In this document: piece after piece, positions 49,956-60,024 of the stretch | Numbering within the stretch: the stretch's first letter is position 1 | How the letters are laid out: each line of letters begins with the position of its first letter | From: Calidithermus chliarophilus DSM 9957 | Lineage (GTDB): Bacteria > Deinococcota > Deinococci > Deinococcales > Thermaceae | Length of the DNA stretch: 64,000 nt | NCBI RefSeq assembly: GCF_000430045.1 | Contig: NZ_KE387026.1 | Coordinates: 74,844 to 138,843 of the forward strand | Direction of reading: 5' to 3' | Translations under genes and position numbers: made by a program | The notes under the pieces: generated by a model | Database searches by the model: none | Seen by the model: the letters and a program-made list of their open reading frames with translations, nothing else | Told to the model about the DNA's origin: nothing

Positions 49956-50336
49956 TCACTGCTTCTTTCCGTCGATGAAGACCTCGAGGCTGTCGGCGCG
50001 GCCGGGCTTGACCCGGATCACGAGCTCGAGGGCGTCGTTGCGGTAGGCCAGGACGATCCAGTCCTCGGGGTCGAGGCCCTGCACCGTCGTGCCCAGGCCC
50101 AACAACACCTGCCGCAGGATCGGGACCAGGGCGTCGGCCTTGCGGGCGTCGCCGGTGTTCCTCGAGGCGATCACCAGCCCGACGCCCGGGACGTACTGCC
50201 AGCTCCCTTCGCCGCCCTCGAGCACCCCGTTGATCGCCCCTACCAGCGCCGACCGGCTGCGGTTGATCTGTTGCAGGTCGAAGGCAAAAGCAGTGCCCAG
50301 CACGACCATCAGGCACAGCAATCCACGCTTGATCAT
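49956..50336 (-). CDS. Exported hypothetical protein (signal peptide)
   Basis: MIKRGLLCLMVVLGTAFAF...; 126 aa; no recognisable domain. Confidence 0.45.
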   Translation of the reverse strand: MIKRGLLCLMVVLGTAFAFDLQQINRSRSALVGAINGVLEGGEGSWQYVPGVGLVIASRNTGDARKADALVPILRQVLLGLGTTVQGLDPEDWIVLAYRNDALELVIRVKPGRADSLEVFIDGKKQ

Positions 50337-50618
50337 CTCCCTATGCTCCTTTGCGGCTTCTAAAGCCTATCTAAATCGTAACCGCTGGCAGGCACGACGA
50401 GGGTTCAGAGACAGCCACCCTCAGCCCAACGACTTATGCTGTGTCGGCTACCGCCTTTCGCGGCAACTTGGTGATCTGCGCCTGCGTGCTCGAGCAGGAA
50501 GCTGACGAGCACGCGGCCCTGGCGCACGGAATCCCGGTGCCCACGGCCTGAGCGGGGAGCAACCCCGCCACAACGAGCGAACCGGGGCATGGCGACCCCG
50601 GTTTTTCACGCCCTGTAC

Positions 50619-50695
50619 TGGTGCGCCCGGCAGGACTCGAACCTGCGACCTAAGGTTTAGGAAACCTTCGCTCTATCCGGCTGAGCTACGAGCGC
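50619..50695 (-). tRNA. tRNA-Arg (anticodon CCT)
   Basis: GCGCTCG-TA-GCTCAGCCGGATAGAGC-G-AAGGT/TTCCTAA/ACCTT-AGGTC-GCAGGTTCGAGTCCTGC-CGGGCGC-A-CCA; canonical cloverleaf, 7-nt anticodon loop with U33, A37. Confidence 0.9.
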
Positions 50696-50746
50696 ACGAA
50701 AACGCGCTTGCAGATTGTAGCACAACCGGGCGGGAGGGCTCGAGGC

Positions 50747-50807
50747 TTGACACCCGGTTTTAGGTATGCCTAAACTATTAGCAGATATTTGGGTAGGCGT
50801 ACCTAAA
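50747..50807 (+). promoter_or_regulatory. Promoter (TTGACA 50747-50752) overlapped by two DtxR/MntR-type operator boxes TTAGGTATGCCTAAA (50760-50774) and TTTAGGTACGCCTA (inverted, 50793-50807)
   Basis: The boxes resemble the TTAGGTTAGGCTAACCTAA consensus of the DtxR/IdeR/MntR family; located upstream of the small-membrane-protein/mntR/mntABCD operon. Confidence 0.55.
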
Positions 50808-50820
50808 TACGGAGGTCATC

Positions 50821-51111
50821 ATGTGGATGAGCCTTGCGATTGCAGGGATGCTGTACGCGCTGGGGGCGGTGCTCTTCGGGCACTTCGAGACCAAGACCCC
50901 GCCGGCCCGGCGCTTGAGGAAGCTGGTGGTGTTCTTCGGCGTCACCGCGCTGCTGGCGGCGTGGGTGGGGGATTGGGCGTTGGTCTGGGTTTTGGGGATG
51001 ATGGGGGCGGGCCTGGGGTTCCACTTCACCTGGTGCAGGCTCAACCGGATCCACCCGCTCAGCGCCGAGCCTAAGGAGCGGTACTACCGCCTGAGGGGGT
51101 GGAGCCTGTGA
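50821..51111 (+). CDS. Small 3-TM membrane protein, first gene of the mnt operon
   Basis: GGAGG RBS 6 nt upstream; MWMSLAIAGMLYALGAVLFGHFETK...; stop overlaps the mntR start. Confidence 0.55.
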   Translation: MWMSLAIAGMLYALGAVLFGHFETKTPPARRLRKLVVFFGVTALLAAWVGDWALVWVLGMMGAGLGFHFTWCRLNRIHPLSAEPKERYYRLRGWSL

Positions 51112-51812
51112 ACACGTCGCTGTCCCGCCCCGTGCTGAGCGAGGCGCAGGAGGACTACCTCAAGCAGATCCTGTTGCTGGGCAGCGCGCCGGAGGGCTCG
51201 AGCCTCGAGCACACCACCGCCGTCTCGACGCAGGAGCTCGCCGACCGCATGGAGGTCAAGCCCGCGTCGGTGACGGGGATGCTCAAGAAGCTGGCCGAGC
51301 TCGCGCTGGTGGAGTACGAAGCCTACAAGGGCGTGCGGCTCACGGAGGCGGGGTACAAGGTGGCGCTGGAGGTGCTGCGCCACCACCGCCTTCTGGAGAC
51401 CTACCTGCACCAGGCGCTGGGCTACGGCTGGGAGGAGGTGCACGCCGAGGCCGAGCGCCTGGAGCACCACATCTCCGAGGCCTTCGAGAAGCGCATCGCC
51501 GAGTGGCTGGGGCACCCCTCCCACGACCCCCACGGCGACCCCATCCCCACCGCCGAGCTCCACCTGCCCGAGGGCGTGCCCACGCGCCGGCTGGCGGCGC
51601 TCGAGGCCGGCGAGCGGGGTCTCGTGGCGCGGGTCGGCAGCCAGGACCAGGACGCGCTCAACCTCTTCGCGCACCTGGGGCTGCGGCCCGGGGCCCAGGT
51701 GGAGGTGCTCGAGCACATGCCCGAGGGGGTGCGGGTGCGGGCGGCGGGGGAACGCTACCTGCTGCCCGTGGCCCTGACCCAGATCGTGTGGGTCGCGGAG
51801 GTGGGGGGATGA
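51099..51812 (+). CDS. mntR: DtxR-family manganese-dependent transcriptional regulator with C-terminal FeoA/SH3-like domain
   Basis: [12 protein letters not shown]...[45 protein letters not shown] is the DtxR N-terminal HTH/dimerisation region; GTG start at 51099 or 51108. Confidence 0.85.
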   Translation: MEPVNTSLSRPVLSEAQEDYLKQILLLGSAPEGSSLEHTTAVSTQELADRMEVKPASVTGMLKKLAELALVEYEAYKGVRLTEAGYKVALEVLRHHRLLETYLHQALGYGWEEVHAEAERLEHHISEAFEKRIAEWLGHPSHDPHGDPIPTAELHLPEGVPTRRLAALEAGERGLVARVGSQDQDALNLFAHLGLRPGAQVEVLEHMPEGVRVRAAGERYLLPVALTQIVWVAEVGG

Positions 51813-52753
51813 AGGCGCTGCACCTCTGGGCGCTGGCCCTCGTCCTGCTGCTGAGCGCCTGCCAGGTCCAGGACTTCGCCCTGCGGCCCATCGACGGCGA
51901 CCGCCCGGTGCGGGCCGTGGCCACCGCCAACTTCGTCACCGACCTCGTGCAGCAGATCGGCGGGGAGCGGGTGCAGGTCACGGGCCTGATGGGCCCTGGC
52001 GTGGACCCCCACCTCTACAAGGCCTCGGCCGGGGACGTGCGCAAGCTCACCCAGGCCGACGTGGTGTTCTACAGCGGGCTGTTCCTCGAGGGCAAGATGG
52101 TCGAGCTCTTCGAGAAGATGCCCAAGGCCATCGCCATCACCGACGCCATCCCCCACGAGCTGCTCATCGCGCCGGAAGGCGGCTTCGAGGGCACCTACAC
52201 CTACGACCCCCACGTCTGGTTCGACGTGAGCCTGTGGGCCCACACCGCCGAGGCCGTGCGGGACGGGCTCTCCAAGGTGGACCCGGCAGGCGCCGGCTAC
52301 TACGCCGAACGCACCCGGCAGTACCAGGCCCGGCTGCAAGAGCTCGACGCCTGGGTCAAGCAGGAGATCGGGCGCATCCCCCCCGCGCAGCGGGTGATGG
52401 TGACCGCGCACGACGCCTTCGGCTACTTCGGGCGGCGCTACGGGCTCGAGGTGCGCGGCCTGCAGGGCGTCTCGACCGTGGCCGAGACCGGCACCCGCGA
52501 CGTGCAGGAGCTCGCGGCCTTCCTGGCCGAGCGCGGCATCCGGGCCATCTTCGTCGAGTCGAGCGTGCCCCGGCGCTCGGTGGAGGCCGTGGTGGCGGCG
52601 GTGCGGGCCCGGGGCAAGGAGCTGCGCATCGGCGGCGAGCTCTTCTCCGACGCGGCCGGCGACCCCGGCACCCCCGAAGGCACCTACGTCGGCATGGTCG
52701 AACACAACGTCAGAACCATCGTTTCGGCTCTGCTCGGAGGCGAACACCCATGA
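51809..52753 (+). CDS. mntA: Metal ABC transporter substrate-binding lipoprotein (TroA/ZnuA/MntA family)
   Basis: LLLSAC lipobox; [23 protein letters not shown] motifs; ATGA overlap with mntR. Confidence 0.85.
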   Translation: MKALHLWALALVLLLSACQVQDFALRPIDGDRPVRAVATANFVTDLVQQIGGERVQVTGLMGPGVDPHLYKASAGDVRKLTQADVVFYSGLFLEGKMVELFEKMPKAIAITDAIPHELLIAPEGGFEGTYTYDPHVWFDVSLWAHTAEAVRDGLSKVDPAGAGYYAERTRQYQARLQELDAWVKQEIGRIPPAQRVMVTAHDAFGYFGRRYGLEVRGLQGVSTVAETGTRDVQELAAFLAERGIRAIFVESSVPRRSVEAVVAAVRARGKELRIGGELFSDAAGDPGTPEGTYVGMVEHNVRTIVSALLGGEHP

Positions 52754-53526
52754 TCAAGTCCAGCATCAACGAACAAGCTTCGGCCCTTCCCCGGCGGGCG
52801 GCGCCCCTCGAGGTGCGCGACCTCACCGTGGCCTACCACGAGAAGCCCGTGCTGTGGGACGTGGATCTCTCCATCCCCGAAGGCCAGCTCTGCGCCATCG
52901 TCGGGCCCAACGGCGCGGGCAAGAGCACCCTGATCAAGGCCGTGCTGGGGCTCATCCCCAAGGCCTCGGGCACCGTGCAGTTCTTTGGGCAGCCGCTCGA
53001 GGCCGCCCGGCGCCGCATCGGCTACGTGCCCCAGCGCTCCTCCGTGGACTGGGACTTCCCCACCAACGCCCTGGACGTGGTGCTGATGGGGCTCTACGGG
53101 CGGCTGGGCTGGTTCCGCCGGCCCGGCAAGGCCGAGCGCGAGGCCGCTATGCACGCGCTCGAGCAGGTCGGGCTCACCGCCTTCGCCCACCGCCAGATCG
53201 CCCAGCTCTCGGGCGGCCAGCAGCAGCGGGTCTTCCTGGCCCGCGCCCTGGCCCAGGCCTCCGACCTCTACTTCATGGACGAGCCCTTCGCCGGGGTGGA
53301 CGCGGTCACCGAGGCCGCCATCCTGCAGGTGATGCGCGAGCTGAAGAAGCAGGGCAAGACCGTGGTGGTGGTGCACCATGACCTCGAGACGGTGCGCGAC
53401 TACTTCGACCACCTCACCCTGCTCAACGTGCAGGTCATCGCCAGCGGGCCGCTCGAGCAGACCTTCACGCCCGAGAACCTCAAGGCCACCTACGGCGAGC
53501 GCATGAGCGTGGGCGTGGGGAGGTGA
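52750..53526 (+). CDS. mntB: Metal ABC transporter ATP-binding protein
   Basis: [10 protein letters not shown] Walker [16 protein letters not shown] signature. Confidence 0.85.
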   Translation: MIKSSINEQASALPRRAAPLEVRDLTVAYHEKPVLWDVDLSIPEGQLCAIVGPNGAGKSTLIKAVLGLIPKASGTVQFFGQPLEAARRRIGYVPQRSSVDWDFPTNALDVVLMGLYGRLGWFRRPGKAEREAAMHALEQVGLTAFAHRQIAQLSGGQQQRVFLARALAQASDLYFMDEPFAGVDAVTEAAILQVMRELKKQGKTVVVVHHDLETVRDYFDHLTLLNVQVIASGPLEQTFTPENLKATYGERMSVGVGR

Positions 53527-53530
53527 GGCC

Positions 53531-54688
53531 GTGGACCTCCTCGCCGGCATCTTCACCGACTACACCCTGCGCAACGTAGCGCTGGGCGCGGCACTGCTGG
53601 GCCTGGTGGGCGGGGTGCTGGGCAGCTTCGCCACGTTGCGCCGCCAGAGCCTGCTGGGCGACGTGCTGGCCCACGCCGCGCTCCCCGGCATCTGCTTGGC
53701 CTTCCTCCTCACCGGGACCAAGGCCCCGCTGATCCTGCTGCTGGGCGCGGGCCTGGCGGGCTGGCTGGCCTCACTGTTGATGCTCGCCATCCTGCGCAGC
53801 ACCCGCCTGCCCGAGGACAGCACCCTGGGCGTGATCCTCAGCGGCTTCTTCGGCTTCGGCATCGGCCTCCTGACCTTCATCCAGCACAGCGGCGACAGCG
53901 ACCAGGCCGGTCTCGACAAGTTCATCTTCGGGCAGGCCGCCACCGTCGTGGGCGAGGACGTGCTGACCATGGCCGTTCTGGGCGGCGTCGCGCTCTTGCT
54001 GGTGGGCCTGCTGTACAAGGAGTTCAAGCTGCTCACCTTCGACCCCGCCTTCGCCTCGAGCCTGGGCCTCCCCGTGCGCGGCCTGGGCACGCTGCTGACC
54101 TCGCTGACGGTGATCGCGGTGATGATCGGGCTGCAGACCGTGGGCGTGGTGCTGATGGCCGCCATGCTCATCGCCCCGGCCGCCGCCGCGCGGCAGTGGA
54201 CCAACCGCCTGAGCACCATGGTCTGGCTCTCCGCGGCCTTCGGCGTCCTGTCGGGCGTGCTGGGCGCGGTGATCTCGGCCACGCGCGAGAACCTGCCCAC
54301 CGGCCCGCTGGTCGTGCTCACCGCCAGCCTCATCACCCTCTTCTCGCTGCTGCTGGCCCCCGAGCGCGGGCTGGTGTGGGACTGGCGGCGCACCCGCAAC
54401 AACCGCCGCCGCATCCGCCTCGAGCGCCTGCTGCTCGACGCCCACGTGCTCTACAACCACGCCGAGCTCACCCCCGAGAGCCTGGCCCAGCGCCGCCGCG
54501 CCGCCCCGGCCAGGGCCAAGGAGGAGCTCGAGGAGCTCGCCGCCCGGGGCTGGGTGACCGGGCGCGGGGAGCGCTGGGAGCTCACCGAGCAGGGCCACGC
54601 CGAGGCCCACCGCCTCGAGCAGGCCATGCGGGTGCTGCCCAAGGCCCTGAACCCGCGCGCCGAAGGCGGCGCAGGAGGTGCCGCGTGA
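53531..54688 (+). CDS. mntC: Metal ABC transporter permease (ABC-3) with ~110-aa C-terminal soluble extension
   Basis: ABC-3 TM core, then NNRRRIRLERLLLDAHVLYNHAELTPESLAQ...ARGWVTGRGERWELTEQG resembling a winged-helix/DtxR-N-like module. Confidence 0.8.
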   Translation: MDLLAGIFTDYTLRNVALGAALLGLVGGVLGSFATLRRQSLLGDVLAHAALPGICLAFLLTGTKAPLILLLGAGLAGWLASLLMLAILRSTRLPEDSTLGVILSGFFGFGIGLLTFIQHSGDSDQAGLDKFIFGQAATVVGEDVLTMAVLGGVALLLVGLLYKEFKLLTFDPAFASSLGLPVRGLGTLLTSLTVIAVMIGLQTVGVVLMAAMLIAPAAAARQWTNRLSTMVWLSAAFGVLSGVLGAVISATRENLPTGPLVVLTASLITLFSLLLAPERGLVWDWRRTRNNRRRIRLERLLLDAHVLYNHAELTPESLAQRRRAAPARAKEELEELAARGWVTGRGERWELTEQGHAEAHRLEQAMRVLPKALNPRAEGGAGGAA

Positions 54689-55770
54689 GCTCCGACTTCG
54701 TCATCGTCCTCACCGCCATCTTCGTCTCCACCGCCTCGGCGCTGCTGGGCAGCTTCCTGGTGCTGCGCCGTATGGCCCTGATGGCCGACGCCATCTCGCA
54801 CGCGGTGCTCCCCGGCATCGTGCTGGCCTTCTGGGTCTCCGGGGGCGAGCGGGCCACGGCCCCGGCGCTGCTGGGCGCCGCCGCAGCCGGGCTGCTCACC
54901 GTGACGCTGGTGGAGTGGCTCACCCGTACCGGGCGCATCAAGAACGACGCGGCCATCGGGCTGGTCTTCCCCGCCCTCTTCAGCCTCGGGGTGCTGGCGG
55001 TGTCGCTGTACTTCCGCAACGTCCACCTCGACCTCGACGCGGTGCTCTACGGCGAGATCGCCTACGCCCCCTTCAACACCCTCGAGGCCTTCGGCCTCAA
55101 CCTGGGGCCGGAGTCGCTGTGGATCATGGGCGGCCTGACCCTCGTCAACCTGCTGTTCGTGCTGCTGTTCTACAAGGAGCTCAAGCTCTCGACCTTCGAC
55201 GCAGGGCTGGCGGCGGCCCTGGGCTTCCTGCCCGCCGTGCTGCACTACGCCCTGATGAGCCTGGTCTCGCTCACCGCCGTGGGCGCGTTCCAGTCGGTGG
55301 GGGCCATCCTGATCGTGGCCTTCCTGATCATCCCCCCCGCCACTGCCTACCTCCTCACCCAGCGCCTGCCGGTGATGATCGCCCTGGCGGTGCTGGTGGG
55401 GGCGGTCTCGAGCGTGCTGGGCTACGTGCTCGCCATCCTGCTCGACGCCTCCATCGCCGGGATGATGGCCACTGTGGCCGGGCTGCTCTTCGGGCTGGCC
55501 TGGCTGTTCTCGCCCGTGGGCGGGGTGCTCACCGCCCGCAACCGCCGCGAGCGCCAGCGCCGCGAGTTCGCCGCCCGCCTGCTGCTGGCCCACCTGGCCC
55601 ACCACGACCGGCCCGTCCCGGCGCGGGAGGTGCTCGAGGAGTTCGGCTGGAGCCCCGCCTTCCTGGCCCAGGCCCAGCAGTGGGCCCAGCGCGAAGGGCT
55701 CCTCGCGGGCGACCCCAACGGGCTGCGGCTGACGGCTCGAGGCGCAGCTTTGGCGGGGGAAAGGCCGTAG
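54685..55770 (+). CDS. mntD: Second metal ABC transporter permease (ABC-3), also with C-terminal soluble extension
   Basis: GTGA overlap with mntC; AGGAGG RBS; tail RNRRERQRREFAARLLLAHLAHHDRPVPAREVLEEFGWSPAFLAQAQQWAQREGLL. Confidence 0.8.
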   Translation: MSSDFVIVLTAIFVSTASALLGSFLVLRRMALMADAISHAVLPGIVLAFWVSGGERATAPALLGAAAAGLLTVTLVEWLTRTGRIKNDAAIGLVFPALFSLGVLAVSLYFRNVHLDLDAVLYGEIAYAPFNTLEAFGLNLGPESLWIMGGLTLVNLLFVLLFYKELKLSTFDAGLAAALGFLPAVLHYALMSLVSLTAVGAFQSVGAILIVAFLIIPPATAYLLTQRLPVMIALAVLVGAVSSVLGYVLAILLDASIAGMMATVAGLLFGLAWLFSPVGGVLTARNRRERQRREFAARLLLAHLAHHDRPVPAREVLEEFGWSPAFLAQAQQWAQREGLLAGDPNGLRLTARGAALAGERP

Positions 55771-55774
55771 GGGG

Positions 55775-55985
55775 GGTCGATAGTCGATAGCTGATAGCCG
55801 ATAGCCGGGCGCGGGTCGTACGGCGTACGTCCTACGCAAAACGCAAGATGCAAGACGCAAGACGCCCCTTCTCCACCCCCCTTAGCAAGGGGGGCCGGGG
55901 GGATACCCCCTCCCCGCGCGCGGGGAGGGGTTTCTTCTACACCACAGGCCCCTACCTTTCGCTGACGGCTTACAGCTTATCGCTT
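55775..55985. repeat. Composite intergenic repeat, copy C (GATAGC tract, ACGCAAG heptamers, TTAGCAAGGGGGG + CCCTCCCCGCGCGCGGGGAGGG hairpin, GCTGAC tract)
   Basis: Same order and orientation as copy A at 8470-8672. Confidence 0.75.
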
Positions 55986-55995
55986 CCCGCTCTCC

Positions 55996-56688
55996 CTACC
56001 GTGCCTGCACGCTGATGCGGTTCCCTGCTGCGTCTACCGCGATGATCGTCGCGGAGCGAACGGGGACTTCGACGTAGAAAGGGACCTCCTTACCCTTGGG
56101 CAGGGAGAGGGTGTTGTAGAGGGTCTTGCCGCCCTGCTGGTACTGCACGACCACCTTGTCCACGCCGGTGTCGTCCAGGGCGCGGCCGGTGATGCGGATG
56201 CCCTTGTTGACCGGGGTGCGCTCGACGATGGGCTCCTGGTTTTCCGAGCCGGGCGGGGGGGCGACGGTGCGGGTGGTGTACTCGACGATAGGCTCGGTGC
56301 GCTCGAGGCGGATCTGCGGCTGCCGGGCGTCGAGCACCAGGGGCAGCCTCATCTCCCGGCTCCGGCCGCTGAGGTCGGTGGCGGTGATGGTCAGCTCGAC
56401 CTGGCCCGACTGCGGGGTGTTGACGATGAAGCTGAACTGGTAGAGCTTGTCGCCGCGCTCCTTCTCCGGCAGTAGCTCGGTCTCCTTCTGAATGTTGCTC
56501 TTGACCCGCACGCTGCCGAGGCCGGTGTCGTCCATGGCGTAGCCCACCACCCGGACCTTGCGGTCTTTGAACACCCCGCCCTGCGGCTGGACCACCGACA
56601 GCAGGGGTGAGAGGGTGTCGTTGCTTCGCACGCAGGAGGTCAACGCGAACAAAAAGAGAATGGAGAGGAGCCAACGCATCCTCTCCAT
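55996..56688 (-). CDS. Lipoprotein with two tandem ~90-aa repeat domains (each carrying a DDTG motif)
   Basis: LFALTSC lipobox; VVGYAMDDTGLGSVRV and ITGRALDDTGVDKVVV repeat anchors. Confidence 0.55.
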   Translation of the reverse strand: MERMRWLLSILFLFALTSCVRSNDTLSPLLSVVQPQGGVFKDRKVRVVGYAMDDTGLGSVRVKSNIQKETELLPEKERGDKLYQFSFIVNTPQSGQVELTITATDLSGRSREMRLPLVLDARQPQIRLERTEPIVEYTTRTVAPPPGSENQEPIVERTPVNKGIRITGRALDDTGVDKVVVQYQQGGKTLYNTLSLPKGKEVPFYVEVPVRSATIIAVDAAGNRISVQAR

Positions 56689-56703
56689 CCTAACAACCCC
56701 GGG

Positions 56704-57186
56704 TTAGAAGTACAGGCGCGGGCCCAGGTTGATGCCCAGGCCGAACGCCGAGTTACCGCCCGCGAAGGTGAAGCCCGGCACCACCTCGGTGAGCAGGCTG
56801 AACTTCCCGGCCACGGGGAACTCGAGGCCCAGGATGCCGCGAACCTGGAACGCCGTGGCGCTAGTGCCGCTGGTAGCAACCACCACCAGGCCACCGCCCA
56901 GACCAGCGTAGAGGTTAGGGCCCTGCAGCGTGAAAGGCAGCAGCACGTCAGTGGTAAGGCCAAAGAGGGTAGCGGCGGTCCCGCCCGCATTCCCCACCGC
57001 AACAGTAGCACCGCCCCGCAGGGTCAGCGGCCCTAGGAGGTTCTCCATGCCGGCTTGAAGCCCCAGGCTCATGCCGAAGGCGGGCGTGACGGAGATCTGA
57101 CCGGAAACCGCCTCGCCGAATACCCGCCCCTGAGCAAAGGCACCGGTGAGCACAAAAACGACCATCAGAACGAGGAGTTTCTTCAT
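56704..57186 (-). CDS. Small glycine-rich outer-membrane beta-barrel-like protein (paralog 1)
   Basis: Signal peptide MKKLLVLMVVFVLTGAFAQG; alternating hydrophobic Gly-rich strands; C-terminal aromatic LYF; GGAGG RBS. Confidence 0.55.
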   Translation of the reverse strand: MKKLLVLMVVFVLTGAFAQGRVFGEAVSGQISVTPAFGMSLGLQAGMENLLGPLTLRGGATVAVGNAGGTAATLFGLTTDVLLPFTLQGPNLYAGLGGGLVVVATSGTSATAFQVRGILGLEFPVAGKFSLLTEVVPGFTFAGGNSAFGLGINLGPRLYF

Positions 57187-57303
57187 ATTCGTTCCTCCGG
57201 TCCAGAGTATATACAGAAAACGCGGAAAATCGTCAAGTCGGGAGGTCAAAATTAGTGATGGCAAGGGCCAAACTGCGCCCTTGCCATCTCGGCTAAGTGG
57301 GTT

Positions 57304-57759
57304 TTAGCGGAAGATCACGCCGACCCGGGTGCCGTAGCCGAAGCCCACGCCGCCCCCGCCCGCGAGGACGATGCTGGCACCAAGCTGCCCTTCCCCGTAG
57401 AAGCTGAAGGTGGTGCCGGCCAGGCGGTACTCAACCCCCAGCAGCGCGTGGGGGAAGATGTAGAACCCGCCGGTGGAAAGGAAGGCCCAGAAACCTGCTC
57501 CAACGCCTGCTCCATAGTACCAGCTCAGCTCGTTGCCCCCACCGACCGGGATCGGCATCTCGGCGAGGATGAAGTCGGCCGAGGCACCCAGGCCGGCGAA
57601 GGAGATGCCACCGCCGAAGCGCAGGCTGTTGCTCTGGTACTGGATGCCCAGCCACTCGGGGATCCCCGAGTAGACGCCGAAGCCGTCCGACTGGGCAAAG
57701 CCGAGGGAGCTAAGAACGAAGAGCATCGCCGATACTGCAAGAATTTTGATCTTTTTCAC
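57304..57759 (-). CDS. Small glycine-rich outer-membrane beta-barrel-like protein (paralog 2)
   Basis: GTG start with AGGAGG RBS; signal peptide VKKIKILAVSAMLFVLSSLGFAQ; C-terminal GVIFR. Confidence 0.55.
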   Translation of the reverse strand: MKKIKILAVSAMLFVLSSLGFAQSDGFGVYSGIPEWLGIQYQSNSLRFGGGISFAGLGASADFILAEMPIPVGGGNELSWYYGAGVGAGFWAFLSTGGFYIFPHALLGVEYRLAGTTFSFYGEGQLGASIVLAGGGGVGFGYGTRVGVIFR

Positions 57760-57812
57760 GCTGTCACCTCCTGATCCCGAGTCTAACACGTGAGCGTTAC
57801 GCAAGCGTTAGT

Positions 57813-58955
57813 TCAGGTGGTGTAGAGCGCGTTGATCTTGACGTAACCTTCGGTCAGGTCGCACCCCCAGGCCATCGCCTGGGCGTCGCCCGCGCCGAGA
57901 TCGGCCTCTACGAGCACTTCCTCGGCTTTCATGCTCTCGGAGGCCTGGCGGCGGTCGAAGGGCAGGGCGGCCCCGGCGTAGAGCGGCATCCCCTGGAGCT
58001 TGATGTGGACGTGGGAGGGGTCGAACTTCGCCCCCGAGCGGCCCAGCGCCATCATGACGCGGCCCCAGTTGGGGTCGTTGCCGTAGACCGCGCTCTTCCA
58101 CAGCGGGCTGGCGGCGACGGTGCGGGCGGCCTCGCGGGCCTCGTCCTCGCTGCGGGCGCCCGTCACCCGCACGGTGATGAGCTTGGTGGCGCCCTCCCCG
58201 TCGCGGGCGATCTGGCGGGCCAGGGAGACGCAGACCGACTCCACGGCCTGCCAGAAGGCTAACGGGTCGGTCTCCCCGGCCGCGCCGTTGGCGAGGATCA
58301 CGGCCATGTCGTTAGTGGAGGTGTCGTTGTCCACGGTGACCTGGTTGAAGCTGTGGTCCACCACGCGCTTCCAGCCGCGGCGCAGTTCCTCCTGCGGCAC
58401 GGCGGCGTCGGTGAAGACGAAGCCGAACATGGTCGCCATGTTGGGGTGGATCATGCCGCTGCCCTTGGCGACCCCCACCACCCGGGCGCCGCCGGGCAGC
58501 GTGGCCTCGGCGGTCTTCATCACCAGGTCGGTGGTGAGGATGGCCTGGGCGAAGGGGGTGAGCAGGGGGCCCAGTTGCACGTTAGGCAGCGCCGCCTCGA
58601 CCTTCTCCACCGGCAGCGGCACCCCGATGACCCCGGTGGAGGCGGTCAGCACGGCCTCCGGCGCGATACCCAGCCGCGCGGCGGCCAGTTCGGCCATGCG
58701 GCGGTCGGCCCGTACCCCGGCCTCGCCGGTGGCGCAGTTGGCGTTTCCGGCGTTGACCACGACGGCCTGTAAGGACCCCCCGGCCTCGCGCAATTCGCGC
58801 CCGCGCAGCACGCAGGGGGCGGCGGCCTGGTTCAACGTGCCCACGAAGGCCCACGAGCACGGAACCCCCGAGGCCACCAAGCTCAGGTCGGGCTTGCCGG
58901 AGGGCTTGATGTTGGCCGGGGTGGCCCCGGCACGGAAGCCGATGGGTAATTTCAT
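57813..58955 (-). CDS. argJ: Bifunctional glutamate N-acetyltransferase / amino-acid acetyltransferase
   Basis: [11 protein letters not shown]...ATGEAG...[17 protein letters not shown] autoproteolytic Thr region. Confidence 0.85.
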   Translation of the reverse strand: MKLPIGFRAGATPANIKPSGKPDLSLVASGVPCSWAFVGTLNQAAAPCVLRGRELREAGGSLQAVVVNAGNANCATGEAGVRADRRMAELAAARLGIAPEAVLTASTGVIGVPLPVEKVEAALPNVQLGPLLTPFAQAILTTDLVMKTAEATLPGGARVVGVAKGSGMIHPNMATMFGFVFTDAAVPQEELRRGWKRVVDHSFNQVTVDNDTSTNDMAVILANGAAGETDPLAFWQAVESVCVSLARQIARDGEGATKLITVRVTGARSEDEAREAARTVAASPLWKSAVYGNDPNWGRVMMALGRSGAKFDPSHVHIKLQGMPLYAGAALPFDRRQASESMKAEEVLVEADLGAGDAQAMAWGCDLTEGYVKINALYTT

Positions 58956-59045
58956 AGTCGATAGCTTATAGCCGATAGCCGGTAGCCAAAAGCCAGAGCG
59001 AAGAAATCCTTACTACCGACCATTGACCATCGACTAGCGACGCTC
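58956..59045. repeat. GATAGC hexamer-tract element between argJ and argC
   Basis: catagtcgatagcttatagccgatagccggtagcc...ccgaccattgaccatcgactagcgacg. Confidence 0.55.
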
Positions 59046-59052
59046 CGAACGC

Positions 59053-60021
59053 TCAATCCCCGTGGTACTCGTAGGCGTGCGCCCCCTCGAGCCCCAGCAT
59101 CAGGTCGAGGTTCTGCACCGCCGCGCCCGAGGCGCCCTTGCCCAGGTTGTCGAAGCGGGCGATGAGCAGGGCCTGCTCGCGCTCGGGGTTGGCGTAGACG
59201 AACAGCTCCATGCGGTTGGTGCCGTTGAGGGTCTGGGGGTCGAGCACGGGGTTGTGGGCGCCGTAGGTCTCCAGCGGCATCACCGTCACGAAGCGCTGGG
59301 CACGGTAGTGCTCGGCCAGGGCCGCGTGGAGCTCGGCGGCCGTGACCGGCCTGGGCAGGGCCCACAAGTGCACCGGGATCACGATCAGCATGCCCTGGGC
59401 GAAGCGCCCGACCGCCGGGGTGAAGATGGGCGGTCGCGCGAGGCGGGAGTAGCGGGTCATCTCGGGCACGTGCTTGTGGGTGAGCTCGAGGCCGTAGGCG
59501 CGGTAGTCGCCGGCCAGGCGGTGCTCCCCCCGGCCCTCCATGGCCTCGATGAGCTGCCGCCCGCCCCCGCTGTAGCCCGAGGTGCCCTGCACCGAGGCTG
59601 GGAAGGCCTCAGGCAGGAGCCCGGCGTCTACGAGCGGGCGCAGCAGGCCGATGGCCCCGGTGGGGTAGCAGCCGGGGTTGGAAACGAAGCGGGCCCGGCG
59701 GATCTGCTCGGCCTGGCCGGGGCCGAGCTCGGGGAAGCCGTAGACCCAGCCCTCGGCCACGCGGTGCGCCGAACTGGCGTCGAGGATACGGGTGCCGGGG
59801 TTCTCCACCAGGCCCACCGCCGCCTTGGCCACGTCGTCGTGCAGGCAGAGGATGGCCACGTCGGCCGCGTTGAGCAGGCGCTTGCGCTCGGACTCGTCCT
59901 TGCGCTTGGCGGGGTCGATGGAGAGGAGCTCGAGGTCGGTGCGCCCCAGCAGCCGCCCCCGGATCTGCAGGCCGGTGGTCCCGGCCTCGCCGTCGATGAA
60001 GACCTTGGGCTTTCTCATCAA
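59053..60021 (-). CDS. argC: N-acetyl-gamma-glutamyl-phosphate reductase (short, uncommon form)
   Basis: [20 protein letters not shown] Rossmann start; ~320 aa like ArgC type 2. Confidence 0.8.
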   Translation of the reverse strand: MMRKPKVFIDGEAGTTGLQIRGRLLGRTDLELLSIDPAKRKDESERKRLLNAADVAILCLHDDVAKAAVGLVENPGTRILDASSAHRVAEGWVYGFPELGPGQAEQIRRARFVSNPGCYPTGAIGLLRPLVDAGLLPEAFPASVQGTSGYSGGGRQLIEAMEGRGEHRLAGDYRAYGLELTHKHVPEMTRYSRLARPPIFTPAVGRFAQGMLIVIPVHLWALPRPVTAAELHAALAEHYRAQRFVTVMPLETYGAHNPVLDPQTLNGTNRMELFVYANPEREQALLIARFDNLGKGASGAAVQNLDLMLGLEGAHAYEYHGD

Positions 60022-60024
60022 TGT

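Noticed and set aside
50585-50612. Hairpin CCGGGG-catggcga-CCCCGG + T5 as the tRNA-Arg terminator
   Set aside because: The T-run is on the plus strand while the tRNA is on the minus strand, so in the tRNA orientation it is an A-run followed by a hairpin. It may terminate an unseen plus-strand transcript or be bidirectional; left uncalled.
54196-55770. 524-aa version of the second Mn permease
   Set aside because: The N-terminal 160 aa are an out-of-context Arg/Pro-rich extension overlapping mntC. The GTG at 54685 with an AGGAGG RBS and GTGA coupling gives the expected ABC-3 permease.
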